The position numbers and the translations under genes were made by a program. The notes under the pieces are model-generated. The model saw only the letters and a list, made by a program, of their open reading frames with translations, was not told where the DNA came from and searched no databases. A stretch of DNA of 63,036 nucleotides, counting the filler, from Vannella sp. (lineage: Eukaryota): the NCBI GenBank assembly GCA_023345925.1. It is 6 parts of 6 records of this genome, joined end to end, with 100 filler letters (N's around TTAATTAATTAA, not from the genome) between each part and the next. Parts side by side here need not be neighbours in the genome. Positions count along the whole stretch, not along the records: positions 1 to 12,872 come from JAJQQN010000596.1; 5 more parts are not named here. One strand, given 5' to 3'. Position 1 is the stretch's first letter, and every line of letters begins with the position of its first letter. Of the stretch, positions 1 to 9,933 are shown piece by piece.

Positions 1-120
1 CTGTGATACTGGAAGAGGTACTGGCTGTGATACTGGAGGAAGTACTGGCTGTGATACTGGGGGAGGTACTGGCTGTGATACTGGAGGATGTACTGACCGT
101 GATACTGGGGGAGGTGCTGA
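1..120 (-). repeat. 24-nt tandem repeat (5 copies) encoding mucin-like STS(P/S)SITA
   Basis: + strand unit ctgtgatactggaagaggtactgg and variants; in frame with LRR gene last exon, Thr codons vary synonymously. Confidence 0.85.
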
Positions 121-1334
121 GAGAAGCAGAGCTGCTAAGGTTTGCTTGAGGGCATGCACCCGTGACGTTATTGCATGGGTTTGCTCCAGAGAGTCTCGTA
201 GGCATGGATGAGCAAACGAAAGTCTGTCCATTAAGCTGGATGACCCCAGCAGGAGGAATGGGATTTGGCAAAGGGCCGCAAAGCAAATTGTTTCCGAGGA
301 AGCCGTTCACCAGGAACCCCAGAGTCGTCCACGACTTGAGAGTGCCTGAAATCTGATTGTTTCGCAAGTAGCTGTGCGCCATCAGTCTCTATCGTGCGTT
401 TGATGAATCACTCACAAGAAAGTAAGCTTGGTCATGTTTGTCCATGTTGGAAGAGTTCCGGTTATCAGGTTGTTATCCAACAGTCTTTCAGAGACAAGCA
501 CGATTAGTATGTTTGAGACTCCTCGTATAGACTCACAAAGTATCAAGGGCCCCTAGCTGGGACCATTCTGGAAGGCTGCCAGAAATTGTGTTGTTGGACA
601 GCTCTCTAGGTTGGAAAGGTCATCATCCAGACCTCAGCTCTGTGGAGCAACTCACATGACAGTGAGAAGGGTCAGAGGGAGCCATGCAGGAAGGGTTCCA
701 GAGAAGTTGTTGTTGCTCAGCGATCTTTTTGGGATGGTCAGTCAACACACTTAACGCCTCTCGAGAAAGGTTAACTTACATTGACTGCAATTTGACGAGG
801 TTAGACAAAGATGGAAGAGTTCCAGACAGCTGATTTGAGGAGAGGTAGCTGTTGAAAGATCTCTCAGCAACCCAACTGAAGGAGAGGGCGAGGGAACTTA
901 CATTCCCCTTAGTTTGGTCAGATTCAGCCAAGCTGGTACAGTTCCAGAGAGATTATTGTTCGATAAACTTCTAATCAGAAGAGAACTAACGTTAGAGCTA
1001 CTATCAAAGGCTGCATTTACAACAAGGAAACTTACAAGGTTATTAGAGAAGGGAGCTGAAGGTCTGGGAGTGTTCCTGTCAGGCTGTTATTGCTGAGGAT
1101 TATGCTCAAGACATTATTCTCTGTTGCATCACACATGACACCAGACCACATGCAAGGGTTGGGCAAACTATTCCACCCGTAGGAGTCCGTCCAAGAGCTC
1201 CCTCCCGTAGCGTTGTAAAGTGCAACGAGAGATTCCTTCTGACTGTTAGGGACGACACAAACAACAGTGATTGAGAAGGCAAGGGCAAGAGTCAGACGCA
1301 GCAAACGCATGGACAGAAAGGAATGAATCTTCAT
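1..1334 (-). CDS. Secreted/surface LRR protein (signal peptide, LRRNT cap, ~8 LRRs, Ser/Thr-rich stalk); 3' end runs off window
   Basis: Exon 1 encodes hydrophobic leader and ALYNATGGSSW..W...NPCMWSGVMC cap; five 69-nt exons (902-970, 780-848, 656-724, 537-605, 416-484) each encode one LxLxxNxLSGTLP repeat, bounded by GT-AG phase-2 introns; last exon (<=371) continues into STS(P/S)SITA repeats. Confidence 0.85.
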
Positions 1335-1388
1335 CAGGAAATGTCACGTGTCCTTATGGCGATGGGAAGTTAAAAAATTCGTACAATG

Positions 1389-1725
1389 TGTTATTATACA
1401 AAGCACAGGTTTCCTCACCAGTAGCTGCCTACCCCAAGAGTGAGAGAATTCACCCCCCCACTCAACCACCAGCGGACGTGGTTGAGTGGGGCGTGAATTC
1501 TCTCAGTGTCTACTATGGCATCAGCAAGTCTACCCTCAAGACTGGGTGAATTATTTTGCCCTCGCCACTCGTGACTTCCCTCTCTGAGTTTCATCCGGGC
1601 TTGACCATCTATGCCCGTCTTTCGATAGAGATATCTCAACCTTTGGAGGTCAAAGGCAAGCTGTTGGAGGATGAGCAGTTCGGGCTCCAATTGGGCTGAG
1701 ATTGAAAATGTTATTATACAAAGCA
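1389..1725. mobile_element. Putative short insertion/structured element: 303 nt flanked by perfect 17-bp direct repeats, containing a 27-bp stem hairpin
   Basis: tgttattatacaaagca at 1389-1405 and 1709-1725; inverted repeat tgagagaattcac..ccccactcaaccac / gtggttgagtgggg.gtgaattctctca at 1441-1505. Confidence 0.4.
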
Positions 1726-1757
1726 TGTTTCTAAAGAGGGCCGCAAGGTAGTTCTAC

Positions 1758-3508
1758 CTAGGAAGAGCCAGATTGAAGGAGGCACTTTTGGGTTTGAATA
1801 GCTTCTGTGAGAACAGAAACCCAAGCATCTGCGATGCCTTTCTCGTCAATGATCATTGATATATTCGCTTTGGAGCCAAAATCAACCTTGTAGCCTTCCT
1901 TTGTGTGAGAAGCCGAATGGGAGAGAGGGAGGGAGTAACAAACTGTTCTTTTCTTTGGTGACAGTCACCTCCAAGAATCTCATATTGCAATGCGCAATGT
2001 ACTTGAGTTTCCGTTTGTTTGAGCACTTCGCGATCAGAACGATGTCATTGAATACCCACGCCACCCCTTTAAACGTGATTTTGGCGATTTGGATCTTCTT
2101 GAACTCCAATTGCATGTGAACCATTCGCCCAGGAATCATCACAGGTATTGGCTGCATATGTGTTATCCCATATGCAGTCTACTACATCTCAGAGTCTTGT
2201 ACTCACAATGTTAGCAACTTGGGCACCAATTTCAGCAAGTCGAATGTTGTTTTCCGCTTTCTTCTTGGACTCGTTGATTGATAAGACGACTTGATCTATC
2301 TTTGAGGCCGCATCAGAGAGTGCTATGAATGCAGGATGGTCAAAAGCTGTAACCCGTAAAAGGTCCTGACAGGAAGTGAGCTTTCAGAAGCGGAATTGGG
2401 AAAAGGGAATCCCACCCGCATGAATAAAGGGTATTTGCATATTCGCTGCACTGGCTTGATCAAGAAGGCATTCAAATCAAGGTTACGAGACTCTGCCAAG
2501 ACGCAAACATCAGCTTTCTCTGCAAGAAACGCTTCGAACTGAACCGATTGTCCCATCAACTCTTGAACAGTGGCCGTGGCAATAGGCTGATTCGAACAGA
2601 ACACGTTATAGATCTTCATATAGTCTGCAATGCCCATAAAGGCCTCCGCCACCCGACACTGCCGATCGTCCCCCTCCGCATCGGCGACCTTCCGAAGACC
2701 GGAAAGGAGCTCTTCGTTCACTTGAGGGAGCAAAGCGATGTTAGACCAGATCTTATGGACGGCATCTGGAGATATGAGGGGCTTCCCAGACAAGAAGTCC
2801 TTCTTCTCGACCATCGGTTTCATGATTTTCTGTGGTTTGGTTATTTCCCGCCCTTTTGGTCTTGTTCTCTCTCTCCCTACCTCAATCATGACGTCCAGGT
2901 CGCGAAGGTAGATCTCTTCTGTTTCTAGTAACTCGTTGAGAGTAGATGTGGCCTTCTGGTGCCGCGCTTTGGTCTGTTCTTCTGTCTCCTGTTGGCTCAG
3001 AATGAGAGTTGTTCCATCCTCTGTTGCCTTCCGTTCTAGCCGCTACAAGAGGTGCTGTCTTTAGTACTAGATGATAAGGAAGTGTTCTTCGTACTCTCTT
3101 CTTCATCTCCACCTCAGAACGAGGAGAAAGGATCTCTAATGTCTTGAAGGTGATAAGAGGAGCGGACTCCTCTCGTGCTATCTCTCCCTGCAGCTTGCTG
3201 AGAGATGCAGAACCCCTCTTAAAGTAAGCTGAGCCACGACTCAACGAGCGAACCATCCGTTTCCTCCTCGTAACCACAACAGGCTCTGATTCGCCCTCCG
3301 CCTGCGTTTCCCCCTCTATCAGCCCCCCAGAGAGCTCCCTCTCCACCACTGCCTGCTCCTCCTCTTCCTCTTTCTTCTCCTGTATAAAAGACACTTCAAA
3401 CGACGGAGCAGACACGCTCGTCGTCATCATCGAAGGCAGTCGAGCGGACAAGTTCCTCCGAATCGCCGCCGGCGACTTCGGCTGCAAGGGGCCAACCTCA
3501 AGGTCCAT
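1758..3508 (-). CDS. Dbl-family RhoGEF (DH-PH), multi-exon
   Basis: Spliced motifs NELLETEEIYLRDL, IWSNIALL, FLIKPVQRICKYPL (DH); WVFNDIVLIAK and terminal DAWVSVLTEAI (PH); TAG at 1758-1760. Confidence 0.85.
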
Positions 3509-3593
3509 CCACCAAATGACTCCTAAAACAGAGAACAACACCCAAGAGGGAGCGAGGAGCCACGGGCAGGTGGGCGTCAGAGTTCATCGTGGT

Positions 3594-4601
3594 TTAATGG
3601 GGACGGGATCGCGCCTGTTTGGATGTCTTCCACCCACTGGACGATGTTTTCATCCGAGTGGGACTCTAGGAACACGTCAATGCTTCGGCTGCCTTGGAAT
3701 TGGTGGACGACGCCTTGGTCGATGCTGGGGAGGGTGAGTGAGGGTGTTAGATGGCTTGTCTGGGTGGTCTTACTAGAGGATGGTGGGGCAGGTGACTACG
3801 TCAGCAGAGTGACACACGTTGGGTGAGTTGGCGCAGTTGGCTTCGGCCATTCTGATGTTCGGGAAGCGTTTTTCCACTACTTTGGCGATCCTGCGCCAAG
3901 CAACCTTGAATACACGGCTGTGGAAGTCGAAGTTACTGATGCTATGTCCCTTTTGATCAGTACAGCCTCTTTCCTTGACGCCACACGGACAAACTGATGA
4001 TCCACTCTTGTCGAGGGAGGAGATCAACGTAGTTATCATCTGTGAACTCCACGATCTTCCCGTTCACGTTCTTCCTGACCCATTGACGTAAAGCCTTGAC
4101 CTCTTGCTCTAAGGAGGTGAAGGGACCGCCAGAGTAGACCCTTCTGGTCTCATCCAGTTCGATGTATCTGTCCAGAACTCAACAGAGGCTCGTAGAGTGG
4201 AGGAACCAACCTACAAGCGGTACATTGGATATAATGATGATGATGCACCAGCATCTAAGCAGTCATCTGGACCAAGTAGAGTGAGAACTCGGTCAGAAGG
4301 TGCTCCCCTCGACTACCTTCGATCGCTGTGCAGTCGACCTCTCCCAGGTGAACTGGCAAGTCTCCCTCCTGAACTTCCTTCCACAATGCAACATCTTGGC
4401 AACGAGGGTGACTCGGTTCGCAGCTGCAACTCTTGTCAGCAAGAGAACCTCTCGACAGAGATCGCAAAGCTCTCACAATCGAACGAGCCACGCCCCAAAC
4501 ATCACCTCCTCGCGCAAGTCCTCTCGTATTACCGTTACTGGCATCTTACAGGACACCAGCGCGACAGCCAACAACACAAACCAAGCGGTTGCCTTGGCCA
4601 T
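3594..4601 (-). CDS. Secreted PDI-like protein with two non-canonical thioredoxin folds (missed by ORF track)
   Basis: Manual splicing: MAKATAWFVLLAVALVSC leader; WLVRFCEPSHPRC..LGEVDC; IVEFTDDNY..WIISFISNFDFHS..AEANC..VC..V..CPTILYIDQG..FQGSRS; five GT-AG introns keep frame. Confidence 0.65.
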
Positions 4602-4635
4602 GCCCCCAAACAATGACTAAGAAGAGGTCTTTGTA

Positions 4636-5478
4636 TCAACAGACTGCGCAATCGTTCTGGGACTTGTGCTTCTTGATGTGTCCAATGGTGTAGAGGGAGT
4701 TGTAGTGCACCTCCCCAAAGAAAGAGAGCCAAACGTGCCTCTTAGGAGGAGAAGAATGGCCCCTGGGAAGTACTTCCACGTGGGGAGTGTCTGGGTACGA
4801 TGTGATAAGGTTAATGACGATGTTGAGTCGGTCGGAGACTGCTTGTAGCGTGAGATGATCGCCCCACGAGCGTGACAAAGACATCCGCTCACAGTAACGC
4901 AAATAACTTCCCTCCCGCTCAGCGTCCACGAACTCCACGTAGAACTCAGGGCAAGCACGGAGTTGTTCAACAGCATGCTTTCGGAGAGTACCTGCCTGGC
5001 CTACGCCCTGGAGGAGCTGATCCGCCAATGAAGCAAACTGGCACGCTCCATCCCCATCCACTTGGTACTCTTCCAATCCGTAGAGAGCGAGGCGGCGGCG
5101 GAGAAGCTCCTTGGCAGATAAGAGAGCCTCTCGAGAGGGGACGTTAGCTCGAGTACTTGGCTTTAGAGGGGATGCCGCAAGTGCACTTCCCCTTTCGTCC
5201 ACAATGCGGGGAGGAGGCTGATGCAGGAGAGCCGCAAACCGATGCTCCAACTCCATGGAATCTCCATCCTTCTCCTTCTGTGTCTGAGATCCCTGAGAAC
5301 CATTCTGGCCTGAGACACCTTCTGTTTGGCGGGGCAGCTGAAAGAGGCGATCCCCCTGCTGGCCCTGGGAATGTGGAACAGCTACATCCCTTACCGTTGG
5401 ATAGAGAACGCGCTGCCTATCATCTTTCTCTTGCGGACACCAAAAGACCGCTTCTGTCTCTCTCGTGTCGCCTCCCAT
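4636..5478 (-). CDS. OTU-domain deubiquitinase with C-terminal CaaX-like motif
   Basis: VDGDGACQFASLADQL, WGDHLTLQA, EVHYNSL catalytic motifs; ends HIKKHKSQNDCAVC*. Confidence 0.85.
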   Translation of the reverse strand: MGGDTRETEAVFWCPQEKDDRQRVLYPTVRDVAVPHSQGQQGDRLFQLPRQTEGVSGQNGSQGSQTQKEKDGDSMELEHRFAALLHQPPPRIVDERGSALAASPLKPSTRANVPSREALLSAKELLRRRLALYGLEEYQVDGDGACQFASLADQLLQGVGQAGTLRKHAVEQLRACPEFYVEFVDAEREGSYLRYCERMSLSRSWGDHLTLQAVSDRLNIVINLITSYPDTPHVEVLPRGHSSPPKRHVWLSFFGEVHYNSLYTIGHIKKHKSQNDCAVC

Positions 5479-5524
5479 TCGTGGGTGTGTAAATGGCTTT
5501 CATTAATCATTCGCATCAATGCGG

Positions 5525-5595
5525 TGAATAGGTGATGTCACCTTATTCATCTGAAGTGGGGAGTGAAAAAGGCGGGAAAATGTTCTTGGCGGGAG
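5525..5595 (+). promoter_or_regulatory. Divergent promoter: near-palindrome plus two E2F-like sites upstream of INCENP
   Basis: tgaataggtga-tg-tcaccttattca (5525-5549); ggcgggaaaa (5571-5580) and ttggcgggag (5586-5595) match E2F consensus TTTSSCGC on the other strand. Confidence 0.5.
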
Positions 5596-5646
5596 GATGG
5601 AGTCGTTGGTGTCTAGAGAGGTATTTGTTTGCTCTCCTCTTTAGTC

Positions 5647-7254
5647 ATGGCACGGCCAGCTCATCGGCTTGACGATGTAGTCCAACGAGCGAGGAAAACG
5701 AGGATGGCTCTTCAAGAGGGACTCAAAGTGACTCTAACAGAGCTTTCTACCTGCAACAATCCCAAAGATAGAGCACACTACGATGATTACTTCTTGTAAG
5801 TGAACATGACATCGCTCTAACCTCACTAATGCATCCGCAGAGACCTGAAGAAGAGAATGAATCTCGCTTACATCCCCCGAAAGCCGCTTCTGCCCCTCCA
5901 AAACCTTCCTGAGGCACCCATGAAGGCCACTATCAAAGCACGCAGTCCTGTTCACAAGACAGAAGCTCATCACAGCTCTCACACAAGCGAATCCAGTGAT
6001 CTGGTGATCTGCTTGTCTGATGATGAAGCAGAAACGACCTCCCAAGAGGTCTCTCATGAGCTCACTATCACTGAAACAGACACTGAGTCGGAGCAAGAGT
6101 CAGTGGAAGACAAAGAACAAGCAGACGAGGAGGACACCTCCTCGGAGAGTGATGAAGAGGTGGAGCGCGCTGTTCCAGTCTCGATCTCCCCTAAAAGGGG
6201 CGTGGCTCCCAAACCTTCAACTCCTCGACGGTCAAAAGCCTCCCGTAGCTCGACAAGACACTCGCTAGCGATCGTCTGCGGTAGCGACACGGAGACGGAG
6301 CCATCAGACCAGGAGGAGGACCGAGATGATGACGACTCGTTCTCTCTTTCAGGTGCAACAGATTCAACTGGGTCGGTCTTCCTACCCTCTGGGAAAATCG
6401 AGGTCTCCAGTCAGCAAAGGAGAACAAGCTCCTTGTCGCCCCTTCCTTTGGCCAAAGTGCGTAGCTCCTTCTCCTCTTCTCCTATGATGGAGAACAGCAA
6501 CTTTGGGTCGATGAGCCCCGAATTGTCTCCTGATGCAGACAAGAATGATAGCGGCTGCTTTGAATATCAGTCTTCTGGTCTCCCCAAGTACTCTGCTGGT
6601 GAAGAAACGGTCTTCCTGGTGTCTGTGGATGACTCTAGCTTCCCATTCACCAAGCCCAACCCCCAAAGCACCAAGCAAAAGGTGGTCGAGCAGCAAGTGG
6701 AGCCAAAAGGGCCTGCTCCAGTCTCTTCCAAACCCCAGGCGCTTCCCAAAGCACTCCCAGTAATGTCAGCGCTGAAATCACCGCAGGTCTTCTTACCACG
6801 AGTGTCTCCCTCGTTTCAAGCTGTCCGATCTCCTCCGGCCTCTCTCATGCGTTCCCCTCTCTCGCCACTTCCTCGTCGACTACTTGAGGATGAAGGACCT
6901 CAGTCTTACATGCTCACCCCGCCTAAGATTGCCATGGCCAAGGCAGACGACTCGGACGAATCAGATGGAGACGAGAAGGCCATCCCCAAGTGGGCGCAAA
7001 AGGACAACTTGCGTGTTCAAGTGCACCGCCAGTTCACTACCAACCCTGACCCCACTATCATCTTCCCTATCCCCGACACGTGTGACTTGGAAGAGATGTT
7101 CACGGTGTTGGGATCCCCCGCCAGTGCCATCCGGAGAAAGCGCAAACGTCCAAAGAACTTCCTCCGGCAACGAGGAAGCTCCGGCTACTGGGAACGAGAC
7201 CGCGTTACAGAGACAGAGAAGGAGAACTTCCGTAAGAAGATGCGCTACGTCTAG
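5647..7254 (+). CDS. INCENP: Inner centromere protein (IN-box/Aurora-binding domain)
   Basis: ATG 5647, one intron ~5796-5840, joins ORF 5857-7254; C-terminal IPKWAQ..L..QV.RQ..DP..IF..CDLEEMF..RGSSGYW..D IN-box. Confidence 0.75.
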
Positions 7255-7313
7255 GAGCGCTGTACAATACACAATGAAGAAAGAAGCGGACTGTATGCAG
7301 GTTGACCCTTAGA

Positions 7314-8900
7314 TTAGTATTTGAGCTCCTTGAAGAGACCTTCGTCTTTGTTGAGGGAGGTGAAGAGGTCTGCATTGAAGGACCCATCCTCGCGTATCAA
7401 ATTGCTTGCCATCTTGTCAATAGCAATGACAGAGAGCACTGTCTGCACGAAGGCATCAATGAGGGTGTCCACAGATAGACCGAGCGAGTTGAAATCACGG
7501 CGATCCATGAGCATCAGGCGAGCCGTCTCGGTGTCCCAGTTGTTGTCTCCTTCCTTCTTGACTGACAAGTTGGTCCCAAGCATAGCCCAGCTGTCTGAGT
7601 CAGGTTCCAGAGTAGAAGCCAAAGGGGAGTGTGCCTTCCTCGCGTAGATCACCAAAGGGCGATAGCAGCCCAGTTCGTAGTCATAATGGATCATCATCCG
7701 CAAGTCAGACACGAAGGTTTGGCACTTCTTGTTGGGGATAGTTCCCACGTGGTAGTATTGGCCGCTTTTCTGGATGGAGCTCCAGTGGTAGTTGCCAATG
7801 AGGGACTGGACGATGTAGTTATCGTAAGGGGAGTCCTCCTTCATGAACTCCTCCAGTTCACGTTGGTTTGTGATGGTATACACTCCTTGTCCAGCATTGC
7901 TGTAAGGCACCTTCACCACCGCGTGTCCACCAAAGCTGCTAACGTACAAAGGAACCTCTGCCTTTGAGACGTCACGAATGGTTTCGGGCGTGCGGATGTG
8001 CACTCCAAGAGTGTTGTGAGCCAAGTCTGCGTTGTAGAAATCGTACGCCTTGGCAGCAAGAGCCTTGTTACGTCCACCAGCCAGACAAGCAGCCAAAGGA
8101 TTGATGATGAGAGTCTTTGTTCTTCCGACAAAGATGCGATCCCAAGGCTTTTGGGTGACGTAGCGGAATGCCGCACGGATGGGAACCCACTCCCCATCCT
8201 GCTTGCGAATCTCCAACACGCGATCCTCGGTGAACCGGCAAGGTGGGGTATCGTCTTGCTGGTACCACTCGGTCAAGTAAACCTCTTCACCAAACACATC
8301 TGCAATGGTGTTGGCGTAACCAGAAGCTTCCATCACGTTTTTGTCGTAGATGACAGCGAGACCACCCTTGGGCAACTTGTCTGCGTTCTCATCAATGTGG
8401 GGCTTGAAGGTCTTTGATATCAGAACCTTGTAGCCTCCATGGTCCTCTAAAGTTCACAAACAAGGTAAGTGGAAATTGCTAGGCAGCCTCAGAGACCAAC
8501 CTTCGTCATCAAGGAGAGGCATCGACTTCTGACCGGAAGGGCAAGAGTTTGTCTCAATGATGATAGTTTGGCGGTTTCTGTGGTTAATTAGTCATGTTGG
8601 TGAGTCTCAAGTAGCTACAATTCGAAGAGAAACTCACCCATCCACGGTGGTGACGTGGAAGAGGTCCGACCCAGCCCAAGGGAAGTGCTCAGGCTTCTCC
8701 GCAAGGATTTTCTCAATCTGAGAAGGATCCACGGAAGGATTCAGATGACAGAAGCGACTCAACATGGACTTGGGGGAGAGATTCATGAAGAAAGCCACCA
8801 TGGGGTGAACATGAGCGTTCAGAGCGCGTTGGTAGAAGTGATGCTCTCGCTCAAAGTCTCCAGGTTTGCAGATAATGGTCTTTCCCTTGCCACCACCCAT
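7314..8900 (-). CDS. Circularly permuted ATP-grasp amide ligase-like protein, 3 exons
   Basis: N-terminal [17 protein letters not shown] (D..ExN metal motif) precedes [14 protein letters not shown] and YIVQSLI (ATP-binding motifs); two GT-AG introns near 8580-8638 and 8447-8500. Confidence 0.7.
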
Positions 8901-9026
8901 CGCTTACGTCACAAGAAACAATGGCGTGCTCCAAAATCCAATGCACCAATCACAGAGCAGCCGAAAGAATCTCCGAAATGAATCTGGTGGCTTGGCGGTT
9001 GGCCTTCTATTTTCTAAGCTTCTTTG
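8901..9026. promoter_or_regulatory. 126-nt bidirectional promoter with CCAAT boxes and CRE-like site
   Basis: CCAAT at 8938-8942 and 8946-8950; TTACGTCA at 8904-8911; separates ATGs at 8900 (-) and 9027 (+). Confidence 0.45.
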
Positions 9027-9901
9027 ATGAACGTGCAGATCATCGGAGAGAAGGAATTTGATACAAGTTATGCCCCCAAGGGTATCTCAGAGATGGAGGA
9101 GATCATGATCTTCCCTCCAACTGCCTCGTACGGAAAGATTGATTTTCTGTGGCACGCCTGCTCCACTTCTTACGATGCCAACCGCACCTACATGTTCATG
9201 TCGGGGTATACTCGTTTGGTCTTACGTCTCGATGGTGGACAGCTCCTATTGAACCACAACAACGAGTCGCACTCCCACGTAGTGAAGCGGGTACGGCTGT
9301 TCTTGAAGAAGACCGTAGTCCTCACCCTGATTTCTCTGTGTAGAACAAGTTCTACGAGTTCTCTGGTGACTGGCTGTCTACTTGTGACGTTGATGGGCCC
9401 GTTACGGACTTCCTTGTGTCCTACAAGACCGGTGAGTTAGTTTGCTTCTTTTGGATCGTTCTCTTCTCCTTCTTACTGATTGTAGGTGAGGTTGCTGTGT
9501 CTGCCAACATCTTCGAAAGCTGTGGGGATGAGGTTGTTGTCCCTCTCTCTTCACATGGAACTTGCACTCTCCTCTACAACGCACAAGGAGAGACAGCAAC
9601 TGTGACCTATCGAGGGGTTGCACACGACCTACCCCCTCGACATGCTCTGTTCTTCAACAAAGGTACGATGGATCCCTTCCCCTCCGATTCGTTAGCGTTA
9701 ACGCCCTTTTAGACGTCTCCTTTGGTAAAAACTCCTCCTAGATACCCTACGAGCGATGACTGACCATCACATGACATCCGTATAGAGGCAGAGGATGAGG
9801 AGGAAGAGTGTTTGATCCAGATGAAAGGAGAGAAGGGCTGTGTTGCCCGGATCGTCAGCGTCAAGTTCTCGGTTGGGAATGACGCGTTAGCCATGCTGTA
9901 G
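9027..9901 (+). CDS. Divergent HutD/Ves-like bicupin domain (possibly N-terminal half of a fusion with the downstream deacylase)
   Basis: Spliced EIMIFPP..DFLWH..S..SGYTRLVLRLDGGQLLLNH..FYEFSGDW..DGPVTDF follows HutD pattern EI..P..DF.WR.S..FPG.DR..F.GD..GP..DF; introns at 9291-9343, ~9432-9485, 9663-9712, 9725-9785. Confidence 0.55.
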
Positions 9902-9933
9902 GTCCACCCTTACCCATCAAAGGCGCGTTTGAA

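Noticed and set aside
1..120. 24-nt repeats as a CRISPR array or Pro-rich PVSQ repeat
   Set aside because: No spacers or cas genes; the spliced frame reads Ser/Thr-rich, not Pro-rich
1403..1425. Hammerhead ribozyme core (minus strand ctggtgaggaaac)
   Set aside because: CUGANGA is not matched, stem II is missing and no convincing stems I/III
1415..1726. 103-aa minus ORF and 92-aa plus ORF in the structured insert
   Set aside because: No recognisable motifs; overlap a long hairpin; probably incidental
9899..9901. Stop-codon reassignment or readthrough explaining broken ORFs
   Set aside because: Nearly all breaks are resolved by short GT-AG introns and all three stops terminate conserved genes; readthrough here would stay out of frame with the deacylase
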